Below, piece by piece: positions 24,017 to 38,034 of a stretch of DNA of 64,000 nt. Location: positions 53,894 through 117,893 of the forward strand of contig RHPI01001921.1 of assembly GCA_009103225.1 (NCBI GenBank), read 5' to 3'. The stretch comes from Chlorokybus atmophyticus (Eukaryota; Plantae; Mesostigma and Chlorokybus algae). The stretch's first letter is position 1, and each line of letters begins with the position of its first letter. The notes beneath the pieces are model-generated. The model did no database searches. It worked only from the letters and a program-made list of their open reading frames with translations, and was not told the DNA's origin. A program made the position numbers and the translations under genes.

Positions 24017-26645
24017 ATGAAGGGCGACGGCAGTGAGGAGGACTTGGAGGAGCCTCCACGTCGTCGTCACGTCCCCTGCGTTGTAGCCGCCGCTGTAACA
24101 GTGTTGCTGCTGGTGGCCGTTGCCGCCATCGCCGCTGGGGAAGACACGCGGAGGAACCTGCTGTTCGCTGCGGGGGAAGGTGTGAAAAGGCTTGCAGTCA
24201 ACCTACTTGTACCAATTTTTATGAAAGTGCACAACAGGACACTTTGTAGCTCGTAGCACTGGTGGAGTCTGTCAATTGACAAGCACGCAGCAACAATCAT
24301 GCAGCACATTGTTGTGAAGCGGCCTTGCCTGCTAATACACTTACTGCAGCCAGTCAGCACTAGCATCTTGAATTCTGTGAAACGACTTTGTTTTTACTAG
24401 GCTGCGCACATACATAAGTGCACAAGCGCGCGTGCACACAATCACTGGTATATACACAGTCGCACATATCTGCAATCAGCTTGGATTACACTGTACTCCA
24501 GCACTTAAGCACAAGCACGCTCACGCGCATATTCAAAATCACGTGCAAACGCTCGCACATGCGCAAGCGCAGAGTCTTACACTTGTCTCGACATCCACAG
24601 GGGATGAGGCAGCATCGCACACTTGGCACTACAGCAACAGGCGGCTGCTTCAGGAGTCTGCGGGTCGAGACACGGACTCTGCGCTGGCGTCATGCACGGG
24701 ATCCGTGTACACTTTCCGCAGCGGGTGGGTTGGCGAGGGCGCCGCGCAAAGCAGCAGCAAGAAGAAGAGGAGAAGGAAGCGCAGGAAAAGCAGAGATGAT
24801 GACAGAGGGGAGTCAGATGCGAAGGACTTGGAATGTGTTTTGAGTTCGGACTGTGATGATGTGGCCAATGGCGCATCAGCACCGGATTTGTATCGCGTGG
24901 AGTTTCGTGCCGAGGGCGGGAGAGAGATCTACTCGCCCGCCCTCGTGTCGTTCAACGACAACAACAACAGCAACAACAGTGTCAGCCTCTACTCCGTGCC
25001 CGTATCGTGCGCCTTTGAGACTGAGTACTCCGTCAAGATCTTCTTGGAGATGGTGCGCGTGTTTGTCGACATACTCAACTGTGTATCGTTGAACACTGCT
25101 CAAATGATGATGTTCATGTTGTTGTGTAGGAGGCGAGTGAGCGTGCGAGGGAGATCCCGCGTGAGGTGTGGGTGACGGACATACCCAGTGAGATACTCTA
25201 CCACTGGCGGCCAGAGGATTACAGAGGGGATGCGTACAGGACCTCCATGCCTTTGCAGAGGGAGGTGCTTGTGGGTCACGGCCGCACCCGCTGCACGCCA
25301 TGCCCTGACGGTGGTGATGTTGGTGGGCTTGTGCGCAAGGGCGACACTGCATGGCCTGTGCTTGGCTCATGGATCGAGCTCGACAAAGAACAAGAATGGT
25401 ACCTTGATTGGGGGCCGAAAGACATACCTAAGAGCGGGGTCGGTCCCAAGGAGATGCAGGCATTTGACACGGTGAGGACTAGCTGTTGCACTTAAACAAT
25501 TTGCACAGCCTGATGACCATGTAAGTGACCATGTAAGCTTACGTGCGTTTGACAGCTGCCAGCAATGAAGCGCATGGCGTGGAGGCGGCACGGGCGTGCA
25601 CCCGCACCACAGCTGTACCGCCGCGAGCTGCTTGCAAAGGCTGCTGCATGCGCCGGCACCGGCCCAAAGCGCATACACATTGTGGGCGACAGCCTCATGA
25701 TGCTCCTTGCCGAGACCATTGTACTGGTGAGTATGGTGGCACGTATGAGGTAGAGAGAGGTGCATATAATGTCTTGGTGGGTGGACTGATGTATACGTAC
25801 TGTTCGTGTGCAGGCAGCAGGTCAGATGAAGACAGTGGATTGGGGAATTCAGCACGATTGGGTGCACGGGGCGCTGCCGATGTACAAGCCGTGGGCGATG
25901 CAGTTGACCAACCCCAACATCGCCCTCTCCCAGACCTTCTTCTGCCCGATATCTTTCGACCGGTACGCCAACACCACGCAGGTGTGGAGGGAGATGGGTC
26001 TGTTTGAGATCGACACCCCCGACGTGTTCGTCATGAGCGCGGGGCTGTGGGACGCGCAGTCGCGGGAACCGGAAGAGTACGCCAAGTACGCACCTCTCCT
26101 GCTCAGAGCGATACAAGAGTTTTTCAGGGACAAGCCGACCAAGCTCATGTGGGTGTACGCGACGCCCGTGTGGGCTGGCAAGAAGTAAGCTGCGTGTGCA
26201 TGTGTGCGTACGTGGGCACGCGTGTGTGCAAACACTGTACTTAACATGCATACTGCTTCATGCGGGGTGTAAACACTCGTGGTGGTCATGTAGGGGTAGT
26301 GGTGGAGACAATACGTGGCGGATAAACGACCATATTATTGATGAGCATGTCATCATGTCCAACCTTTTGCAGCATGAGGAGTTCAGGTAAAAGAGTAGAG
26401 CAACATATAGTTCAAACTCAAACTAAATGGTTACTTGTCACTAATGCAATGCTCTTGATAGGGAGCGATGGTATGCGATAGACGCCTTCAGCATTGTCAA
26501 CGCAATGCGGCATTACGCCAAAGACAACCGCCATTACAACCCATTGGTGTATGTGGATGTCGCCAACGAGTTGCTTTACGTCGCTTATGAAGATGGAGTG
26601 CATTGTGCACTGAGCAGTGAACACTCCAATGTGCAAAGTAGTTGA
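24017..26645 (+). CDS. Type II membrane SGNH-hydrolase / PC-esterase-like protein (putative O-acetyltransferase or esterase)
   Basis: N-terminal TM helix (VPCVVAAAVTVLLLVAVAAIAA). Phase-consistent exons carry RIHIVGDS, DVFVMSAGLWD, KLMWVYATP and DNRHY (DxxH). TGA at 26643-26645. Confidence 0.8.
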
Positions 26646-27455
26646 GGAGTCGCAATGGTTGAAAGCCAGGTCTAGAGTATACTTGCTTATACTTTGTTCA
26701 TTTGTCTACCCTGCCATCAGGCGTGTTTGTCACAACTTCTGTTTAAGGCTATTTGATTTATAATTCTGTCTGCAAATGCCGGCCATTGCCCCGACAGCGG
26801 AAGCTGATGCAGCACTGACCGTACTGTATCCACCTATGGCAATTGAAATCAAGAATTAATGGTAGATGAATGTCACAACATTGGTAGTACTGCGGTTTCA
26901 CAACTCAAGTATTGACCATAAACACCACCTCAGCGTATATCATTGAATGGAAATTTCTCATGCTATTCACGGCATTCATATTTCGGCTGTTGAAGTAAAA
27001 GTGGTAATTACAATGGATGTTTTGTACTAATGCTGCTATAATGCCTTCAGTTTCGTATTGCATCATAAAAAGATCATGACATACAGATAACATCTGTAAT
27101 GTGTAACACATCATGAACATGCATATGAAATTGGTTCGTGAATAGTTATGGGTTCTTGAAGTGAAAGTAATATGAGAAAGTTGTTATTTTTTGCATGTTG
27201 TGTACTTATAAGATATACGATTTGCGCAATATGCTACACATGGTAATATGCTTTGTAGTAGGTTGCAAATGTGCGGAAAAGTTGAATGAACCAAGAGGTT
27301 TTATGTTATGTTAACGAGCAGCCAGCTACCGTATTCTGTCGAATACTACCCCCCCTACAATCAAAGCCCCCCCAAAAACCATCCAATGGGGGGTGTTGCA
27401 TACAAGGTGTAAATTGCCTGTAAACGGGGGTCCCCCCCCCCTTTTCGGGGGAATG

Positions 27456-27488
<33 letters not shown>

Positions 27489-27598
27489 NNNNNNNNNNNN
27501 NNNNNNNNNNNNNNNNNNNNNNNNNNNNNNNNNNNNNNNNNNNNNNNNNNNNNNNNNNNNNNNNNNNNNNNNNNNNNNNNNNNNNNNNNNNNNNNNNN

Positions 27599-27637
<39 letters not shown>

Positions 27638-29798
27638 CGAGGGAGAACAGTACGGGCTGAAATAGTCACACACGCACCTTGTATGTGAATTCTTATCCAC
27701 AACGAGTGGTGCGGCTGTTTGGTCCGGCCGGCCGGCATTCAACCTACATCACACATCCCGCGCAGGGCCATCACACGGCACCCGCGACTGCCGGGCTGCG
27801 CGGCAGTATGTGCGGCTCGCCTGTTTCTCATTAGCTAGGCGGCGAGTACAAGCTTTACACCGTTAGATCTATCTAAAAACAATTCTTGCCGTCCAAAGCA
27901 CATCCAATCAATTAAAGGCATGGCGATAAATGTAAAGTTAAGCACACTCTGCATACGTGGCCGCTTATGGCTGCACGTTGATCATTTTCATGTGTTGCAA
28001 CAATACTATCAACAAATATGGAGATACATTGATACATATTGATCGTTTGTTCGGCTGTTGACTATGAAAAAGAACCATCTCGGCACAGTCCTGCAATTAG
28101 GGCATGCATTGAAGCAAAGTCCACATGCACAATATCTCTGATGTGTTGCAATGACGCACATATGTTGCGATATGAAGCACATATGCTGCAATATGGTGCA
28201 ATATGGCTAGCAACCTGCAGTTAAGTGTTGAATAACTTAATATTCTACGTAACGTTCACGCCACGATAGGTGCTAAGAAGTTCAGTAAGTAATGCTAGGG
28301 TTACAACCATCAAAATAATGCTAATCTGAATTACCTTAACGTTAACATTCAACCAAACGAAAAGTTGCATCGTTAGGCCACCATTTGGTCACGCATGAAT
28401 TTGATCAGATGAGATCGCAACGGTGACAACAGCCGTTGCTGAAAAAGGCAGCGAATTGGCCAATCATTGTAGAGATGCATAAAAGATGCTGAAACTGTCT
28501 CGGCGGCAACTGCCTGCCCACGGCGACCCAAATTCGCTAGCGATATGGTGCAATTGCAGCACTGTTAATAGTTGGATCGGCCGCGTTTTTGGCGGTACGA
28601 GGTCGGGGCAGGCCCCATACCCTAAAGACATGCCGTCACTACTCACCCTCGTTCTAGAGCCCGTGCAGACATGCAGCGCTAAGCTGAACAGTAGTGAGCG
28701 CTGCTAGGCATATTCAACAGCAATAGTACATTCGTACATGCCAGCGTGTTCATTCAGGTTCAGTTTGTGTTTAGGCGGCACAGACTCGCGTTATCGCGAT
28801 CGGCTAAAAGGGAATTGTTGGCGCTCAGCTGCTGGAGGTCGTCGTCGTCGTCGTCATCGTTGTTTGCGGGCGATGGAGGCGGCGGCGGCAGGTCACGTAG
28901 TTGTAACAGCTTGGACCCTTTTCCATATTTTGGTGCATGTATAATATGTGTTTTACCCTTTTTTGGCTTAATAAAGGGTTTTATAAGGCTTTATTGGGCC
29001 CTTCTGGAGCCGGCTCCACTGCAGCGCGCTACTTCGCCTTCGCCAGCAGCTGCCAACCTGCGACGTGCTTGCCGCCGAGCCAATAGCGACGTGACTGCCG
29101 CGGCATGTGATGTCACACCTGACTAGACTGTGCCAGGTGACGCGGACTTCGCAGTCAGCTACCTGCTGTGCAGTACCTTACGACGCAAAGTGCACAGTCA
29201 GCTGCCGCGTGAAAGGTACCCGACGCGAGGGGCAGCAGCCTGCACTTATACAATCCTTTGGATTTGGTAAATCATGAACAAAATGCCTGGTTATTAACCT
29301 GCTTAGTTTTGGTGCTGGTATAAATAGGAAAACCCTGTGTAATACAACCAACTTTGCTTTGTGCTCTCTGCTGTGAGTATACTGGTGTATGCTTGAGAGA
29401 GGCGTGAGTCAAGGCACACTGCTGCGTTCTTGCTTGGTGTGAGAAGTAGTAGTGTTCGTGTGCGTGTGCGCGCTCAACGCATGCGTATGCGCGAGGGAAG
29501 GCAAGGTTCCGGTGTGAAGACTGTGCTCAGTGTGCACACATGTGTTGTATGACTTGTGTGCTGTGTATGTGAGCACGAGCATCGTTACAGTGGTATCGGA
29601 GCGTTTTGAGTGGTTGGCTTTCTTGTTTTAAGGGGATATTGACTATCTCTTTGGTGTGTGAGGTATTTTTTTGTTTATGGACGCTACCATGGATGATGCA
29701 CGTGTTGTGGAGCTTCAGCAAGTGCTGGTGGCTGCTCTGAGGAGCTGCAACGTGTCCAAGCATTTGCCCAAGCTCAAGCGGCACAATTTTAAGAAGCC

Positions 29799-32700
29799 AT
29801 GGCGCAAGCTCGCGCGTCCGCGTCTGTTACAGCTCCTGTGGTTGCTCCATCAGCCTCTCGTCATGTGAAGCTACTAAAACCAAAGTCATTCAAGGGTCAA
29901 AGGGACGGTGACTATGTTGAGGAGTGGGTGTTTGCCGTTTCGACATGGTTGAAGCTCACCGAGGTACCCATACATCTCCATGTCGATGTGGCTGCTACTT
30001 TCTTTGAGGCAGCTGCACTTGTGTGGTGGCGTCATCGTTGTGCTCGTGTGGAAGCTGGTCTTGAGGTTCCTTTCACTACCGTGGCTGAGCTGGCTGCTGA
30101 GGTGAAGAAACAGTTCGTACCGGTGGAGAGTGTGAAGACGGCACGCGACCAGCTCTCTACGCTTGTGCAATGGCAGTCCGTGATGGCCTATACCTCTGCG
30201 TTTCAGCGTCTTGTGCTCTCTGTACCCAACATGACTGAGGAGGAGCAGCTAGACCGCTACACGCGCGGGTTGAAGACTCTTTGTCGCAAGGAAGTTGAGC
30301 TTTGTGACGCGAAGACTCTCGCGGAGGCCATTCGCCGAGCGTATGGACGTGTTGTACTTTAAGGGGACTGCCAAATAAGCTGATCGTGGACACTTCAATC
30401 AGTCTCGTGGAGGTTCGTATCGCTCGTACGCATCTGTTGGGGCTGGTTCGGGAGCTGTAGCAGCTCATGGGGCTGGCTCGGGGCCAATTCCAATGGAGTT
30501 GGGTGCTCTCCAGGTCTCCAAGAAGGGGACACGGGGTCGAGAAGATTCCAAGGCAGTTCGGAAGTGTTTGGAGTGCTCTTCCGCTGATCATGTGCGCTCT
30601 AGCTGCCCCATCTTCAAAGCAAAGTCTGCTGCACATGCCCGCAACGCTCGCGGCGGTGGACGCGTGAACATGGTGGAGGAGGATATATTACAGCCGGGAA
30701 ACGGCTCACCTCAGTAGCTGAAGAGGCTCCTGCTGGGGTGGTGATGCAGCCTCACTATGATGTTGAAGGTCCAGCGGCTGGCGTGGAAACATTGTTGACG
30801 GTTGGCGGCATGTGCGCAACGGCAATGCAAAGCGGTATGGTTCGTGTGCCCGACAAGGCGAGGCAGCTGTTTGGAGTCATGGCTCTGATCCGGGAGGGCA
30901 ATGGGCTTTGGATGGAGTGTAAGATGCTAGTGGATTGCGGCGCGAACAGCAACTTTATGAGTCGTGAGGTTGCGCGTCGGCACAAGTGGCTGTCATGGGC
31001 AAATGCTGGCTCGGTGGCTCTAGCGGACGGCTATGCGCCAGTAGGAGGAGCTTTTAAGCAAAGCGAAAAGCTTGAGATGCACGTGCGGATGATGAAGGAT
31101 CGCCTACGCTTTTGCTGCATCGAGCTGAACAATGGTTGTGATGGCATTTTGGGGCTGCCTTGGCTTTTGACACATTACCCCGCCAGGTTGGAGGAAGCGC
31201 GTGCTTGCTGCCCCGGAAGCCGGTGGTGAGGTTTTAGTGTGCTTCAATGCTTCAATGCAAGGCGAGTGTGTGGTTCAAAAGCGTGTCAGCTGCGTCGAGG
31301 CTGCTAGCAATGTGCTGCATACGCGTGACGCGCACGACACGAAGGCGCGCCAGCAAGCTGCACCACAACATGCTTCTAGCTCAAGGGGAGAGGTTCCGGA
31401 GGTGGTGTCACGAGTTTTTAAGACCGAAATGGAGCAGATCTGGTCCGGGAACAACGTGAAGGATGCATGGCTGTGCATGGTGCGTGAGACACCTCCCAAG
31501 TTGGACTTAGAGCTGGTCGGCACTGCTTCGGAGAGTTCAGAGGGCCCCGAGGTGCAGAAGTTGCTTAAGGAGTTCAAAGACGTCATGGTGGATGGGCTAC
31601 CAGCTGGTCTGCCAGAGCTGGTCTGCCAGAGCTGGTCGGCACTGCTTCGGAGAGTTCAGAGGGCCCCGAGGTGCAGAAGTTGCTTAAGGAGTTCAAAGAC
31701 GTCATGGTGGATGGGCTACCAGCTGGTCTGCCAGAGCTGGTCTGCCAGAGCTGGTCGGCACTGCTTCGGAGAGTTCAGAGGGCCCCGAGGTGCAGAAGTT
31801 GCTTAAGGAGTTCAAAGACGTCATGGTGGATGGGCTACCAGCTGGTCTGCCACCCACGCGAAGTGTTGATCACCGTGTGGAGCTGATCGAGGGCGTGCAC
31901 AAGCCGCCGTACAGACCGGTGTACAAATTGTCTTCGGCTGAGCTCGAAGAGGCGAGGAACCAAGTCGAGGACCTTCTACAACGTGGGTACATCAGGCACA
32001 GCAAGTCTTCTTACGGTGCACCTATCCTATTTGTACGTAAGAAGAGCGGAGCCTTGCGCATGTGCATCGACTATCGGCCACTCAACAACATCACCAAGAA
32101 GAATGTGTTCCCTTTGCCACGCATTGATGAGTTGTTGGAGCAGCTCGAGGGTGCCGAGTTCTTCTCGAGGTTGGACCTAGCTGGTGGCTACCACCAGATC
32201 CGTGTTGCACCTGAAGACGTTGAGAAGACGGCTTTCAACACTCGCTCCGGCCACTACGAGTGGTTGGTGATGTCCTTTGGCATGACAAACGCTCCGGCAA
32301 CCTTTCAAACCTTGATGAATGAGGTCTTTGCTGATCTGATTGGCAAGGGTGTGCTAGTGTACCTCGACAACATCCTTGTGTACACGAAGAGCAAGAGGGA
32401 GCACGTGGTGTTGCTACGCAAGGTGATGCAGCATTTACGTCTACACAAGTTGTTTGCTCAGCTCAACAAGTGCCGCTTCTTGCTTGAGGAGGTAGAGTAC
32501 CTTGGCCACATTGTATCCAAGCAAGGAATTAAGGCGGACCCGAACAAGATTGCCGCGATGCGCAATTGGGCTACTCCGAAGGACGTGAAGGGGGTCATGT
32601 CGTTCCTAGGGCCTGCCGGCTCCTATCGCAAGTTTGTGAAGGGCTTCTCGCACTTGGCGGCACCATTGACGGCGTTGCTAAGGAAGGGGGTGGCTTGGAG

Positions 32701-34663
32701 CTGGTCGGAGGCATTCAACAAAGGCATTTTCTGATTTAAAAGCGGCCCTAACAACGGCTCCCGTGCTGCTGCATCTCAACATGCAACTGCCCTTCGTGGT
32801 GGCGTGCAATGCGTCCGACAAGGCCATTGGGGCAGTTTTGCAGCAAGATCACGGCAACGGCTTGCAACCGGTGGCCTATTTTAGCAAGAAGATGAGCGGA
32901 TCTGAGCTCAATTACCCCGTTCATGAGAAGGAATTGTTGGCGCAAGTGCTAGCGCTACGGCAATGGCGTTGTTTCCTTGAAGGCAAGCGCTTCACACTTG
33001 AAACGGACCACTCGCCATTGAGGTACCTTCAAACCCAGCCTCATCTCTCGCGTCGGCAAGCTCGTTAGCTTGAGTTCTTCCAACTCCTTGACTTTGAAGT
33101 GAAGTACAAGCTCGGCTCTTCAAACAAGGTGGCGGACGCGTTGAGTCGCCAACTCAATGCGCTCGAAACGGTGGTGCAAGTGCAGCCCCCGTGGTTGGAT
33201 CAGATCCGAGCCTTGTTGCACGAGGACGCGGTAGGTGACAAGACTATCAAGGCGCTGGAGAATGGGTCTGAGCATAGTGGCCTTTGGGCATTGAAGGAGG
33301 GGCTGTTATGGCATGGCGATCGCATGTACATACCCAACATTGCGCATATGCGCGTAGCATTGAGAGCATTGCGAGAAGCGCATGACGTGCCAATGGCTGG
33401 TCAAGGGCTGGAACGGACGTTGGCCTTGTTGAAACAAAAATTTTTCTGGTCGGAGATGCATTGTGATGTTAAAGACTATGTGGCATTGTGCGACACTTGT
33501 CAAAGGGTGAAGGCGAGCAATCAACGCACCAGCGGCTGCTCCAACCATTGCCGATACCTTTGACGAAGTGGGAGCAAGTTACTCTCGACTTCATTACGGG
33601 GCTGCCACGTACACGCGAAGGACATGATGCTATCTTGGTGTTTGTGGACAAGACCAGCAAAATGGTGCGATTGGCGCCATGTACGGAGACTTGCACGGCT
33701 CCTGAGGCTGCCAAGTTGTTCATCAAGCATGTGGTGCGGTCTCAGGGCCTTCCAAGGAGCATTGTAAGTGACAGAGACCCGCGTTTTACTGGCAACTTTT
33801 GGAGAGCTCTTCACTCAGCTCTAGGCACGAGCTTGAAGTTCAGCACCGCGTACCACCCCGAAACGGACGGCCAAACGGAGCGCGCCAACCGCGTGATCGA
33901 GGACATGTTACGGTGCTATGTGAACATCCGTCAAGACAATTGGGGAGACATGCTGGAGCTGACCAAGTTCACCATCAACAACCACAAAAGTGCAAGCACG
34001 GGCGTGACACCTTTCCTCATGAACTACGGGCAACATCCTTCGACGCCATTGACGGCGTGGGTGCCTAGCATGCAAAGCTCCAACGTGGAGGCCGTGGATG
34101 GCTTTCTTGTGAGGTGTGCAGACATTACCAAGGCAGCTCGTGAGGCTCCAATTATGGCACAAAACAGGCAAAAGCAATACGCCGATGCACATCGCAAGCA
34201 TGTTATTTTTTCGGAGGGTGATCGTGTGATGCTCTCTACGAAGCATGTGCAGCTGGTTACAGGTGTGCGCAAGCTGAATGAGCAATGGTTGGGGCCTTTC
34301 AATGTAATCAAGGTCATCTCAAAGGTAGCGTACAAGCTGGAGCTGCCCGATACCATGCACGTGCACCCCGTTTTTCATGTCTCGCTCCTTAAAGCTTACA
34401 AGGGGGAGCCGCCACCTTGCCCGCCTCCGGTTTTAGTTCGTGAGGGCCAAGCTGAGTGGGAGGTGGAGGCAATTGTCAAGGATAAGCTGGTGGGAGGTGT
34501 GCGCAAGTATGTAGTAAAGTGGCGCGGCTATCCTATGCACGAGGCAATGTACGCACCCGAGGAGAGTTTCACCAACGCCGAACAGATTTTGCAGGAGTAC
34601 AAGGCCAAGGGAGGCACTCGTCAGCTTCGAGGGCGAAGCTTCCCCAGGGGGGAAGGGGTGTAA
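29799..34663 (+). pseudogene. Disrupted gag and pol (PR-RT-RH-IN-chromodomain) of gypsy copy 1
   Basis: Same protein as copy 2 but broken by frameshifts and stops. RT motif is YLDN instead of YLDD. Chromodomain WEVEAIVKDK...YVVKWRGY. Confidence 0.93.
31510..31852 (+). repeat. 119-bp tandem triplication inside gypsy copy 1 pol
   Basis: Units start at 31510, 31629 and 31748. Each junction adds GAGCTGGTCTGCCA. Confidence 0.93.
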
Positions 34664-35710
34664 CAGCCTAGACCCTTTTCCATATTGTAGTGCATGTATA
34701 ATATGTGTTTTACCCTTTTCTGGCTTGATAAAGGGTTTTGTAAGGCTTTATTGGGGCCTTCTGGCGCCAGCTCTATTGCAGCGCGCGACTTCGCCTTCGC
34801 CAGCAGCTGCCAACCTGCGACGTGCTTGCCGCCGAGCCAATAGCGACGTGACTGCCGCGGCATGTGACGTCACACCTTATTAGACTGTACCAGGTGACGC
34901 GGACTTCGCAGTCAGCTACCTGCTGTGCAGTACCTTACGACGCGGAGTGCACAATCAGCTGCCGCGTGAAAGGTACCCGACGTGAGGGGCAGCAGCCTGC
35001 ACTTATACAGTCCTTTAAATTTGGTACATCATGAACAAAAGCCTGGTTGCCAAGTTGTTAACCTGCTTAGTTTTGGTGCTGGTATAAATAGGAAAACCCT
35101 GTGTAAAACAACCAACTTTACTTTGTGCTCTCTGCTGTGAGTATACTGGTGTATGCTTGAGAGAGGCGTGATCCAAGGCACACTGCTGCGTTCTTGCTTG
35201 GTGTGAGAAGTAGTAGTGTTCGTGTGCATGTGCGCGCTCAACGCATGCGTCTGCGCGAGGGAAGGCAAGATTCCGGTGTGAAGACTGTGCTCAGTATGCA
35301 CACATGTGTTGTATGACTTGTGTGCTGTGTATGTGAGCACGAGCAACGTTACAGTAGTGCTGTTGATGTGCTGAGTGCTGTGCAAGACTGTGTGCAACGA
35401 GTAGTTCTTGAGGGTTGCAGGAACAGCAAGCCAGAGCACCGTGTCAGATGGCAGCCGCGTCGTCAATGTATGACCCCCCTTCAGATGATGAATGAGATGT
35501 TGAGGTAGCAATCAAACACACGTATGCAAGCACACACATCAAGCACACTTGCATGTGCAACTTGCTGCATCATGATGCCTACTTGTTTCAATCGTTACTT
35601 GTGCATAGGAGCTTGTATGCGACCAGGTCCCTGCAACTCCAGCAGTGCCTGCAATTCCAGCTGTGCAGCAAGGGATGCACACCCCAAGCTCTGAACTGCG
35701 AAATGCCAAT

Positions 35711-36276
<566 letters not shown>

Positions 36277-36522
36277 CGCTTGTGTGCTTTGCTAATGTCT
36301 GCTTGTTTTACACGAACAGGAACAACTGCGCACAATGAACTTCTATGGTGCAGTCCCTTTCAACCTGAATTCCCCTGCGCCTGCTGTGCACTACTCTATG
36401 CCCTCTGCTCCTATGTTTGCGCCAATGGGCTTTGCCTTGCCAGCACAGTCTGCCCATCCTCTCCTCAACCCAATGACGTCCGTGGCATCAGGGGCCACGA
36501 TGTTCGCACATGCAAGACCTGT

Positions 36523-36667
36523 CCCAGCGACGACCACCATGCCGCCACCAGCGCCCCAAGTGCCTGTTCAACCAGCAACAACCATTATGCCTTCACAAGC
36601 GACCCAAGTGCCTGTCCAGCCAGCAACGATTACCATACCACCAGCAGCGCCTCAAGTGCCTGTTCAA
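36523..36667 (+). repeat. Three 48-nt coding repeats (PATTTMPPPAPQVPVQ-like)
   Basis: In-frame 16-aa units within ORF 36335-36997. Confidence 0.85.
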
Positions 36668-38034
36668 CATGAGATGGAGGTGCGTAGGGTGCTATTGCAT
36701 GTGCATGCGGACAGCAAACACTGTGTGCATATTGGTACGCGCATAATACGGGGGGGGGGGGGGGGGGCTTNNNNNNNNNNNNNNNNNNNNNNNNNNNNNN
36801 NNNNNNNNNNNNNNNNNNNNNNNNNNNNNNNNNNNNNNNNNNNNNNNNNGGGTCCGTGTGTGCGCATAATACAAACACATATTGTTGTTGGCTGTGTCAG
36901 GTTGGCGCAGCAGATGACGCAGAAGAGGATGGCGCAGGGACCATTTACTGGACTGAGGAACTTGTGCGCAAGCTGTTTCTGGCAGAAAAGAAAGTAACGC
37001 AAAGCATTGCTGAGCAAGGTGCACAAGGCAAGACCAAAGCCAAGAGCAAATGGGCGCAAGTCTATGAGCTGATGCGGCCTACACCATACACACTCAAGCA
37101 ACTGCAGAACGGCTTTGGCTACAAAATGAAAGGCTACACAGTAAGTGCTGTTTGCTTGTACTGTTAGTAGATAAAACTAGCATCGTTCTCATGTGGCATG
37201 CGCGCTGATTGTGACTGTGGTTGCAGAAATTCAACTCATCTGATGGGCAAAACAGCGGCCAGGAAGAGGGGGCAGGTCAGGTCTTGGACCGCAATATTGG
37301 CCAACCGTTCAACAAGCCAAGCTTCTACGACATCATTCATGAATTTACAAGACGCACGCTTCGGCAAATCCCAAATTCACTATCTCATCCTTGCCCTCTA
37401 CTGATGGCAACTACTGTCACAAGCGCGATAGTGGTGGTGCCTACGCGGTTGAAGTTGAGGCAGGACAGCCCTGCCAGCTCCACGGCCTTCACAACTGCCT
37501 CATATGACGACTTTGTAGGCGAAGAGGAGCCATTAGGAACTGAGGAGTTCTTACTAGAGCATCCAATGTCAGTTGATGAGAGTGGTGATGCTGACACGAA
37601 GACACCGCGCGGTGAAACAGCCGAGGTGACGTCACCTCCCAAAACATAGCGAGACCACAAGCGCAGGGGGTCTGCATTTGCATCAATTGCTGCTAAGGAG
37701 ATCGAGCAGCTACGCGAGCGCACTGTGACGTTTATGGATGAGAGCATCACCCCGAACAAGACTGAGCCGACATGGCAGCCGATACGAAGGAGCTAGTGAT
37801 GAATGCAAAGGCCTTGGTGCTGGTTGTGAAGGAGAGTAACGAACATATGTGCGTGGTGGAGGAGAATAGAACCAAGCGCCACGCCGAAACACTCACTGCC
37901 TCCAAAGACTTTAATGAAAGGTTTTTTGCCATGTTAGAGCGCACGCATGAGTAGGTGGCGATGTGTTAACACAGTCTCCATACAGTCTTAATTCAGTCAG
38001 CTTGTGCCATTGCTACTTACAGAATTTGCTCAAG

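Larger units (their letters stand above)
28902..35353 (+). mobile_element. Ty3/gypsy chromovirus, copy 1 (complete but decayed)
   Basis: LTRs 28902-29589 and 34659-35353 (TGTAACA...GTTACA); TSD GTAGT; PBS TGGTATCGGAGC at 29591-29602 (tRNA-iMet 3' end); PPT AGGGGGGAAGGGG; TATAAATA at 29319-29326. Confidence 0.97.

Noticed and set aside
27326-27742. Poly-Pro/poly-Gly ORFs around gaps (also 36630-36997 and 58505-59114)
   Set aside because: Homopolymer G/C edges of N gaps; the sequence there is unreliable.
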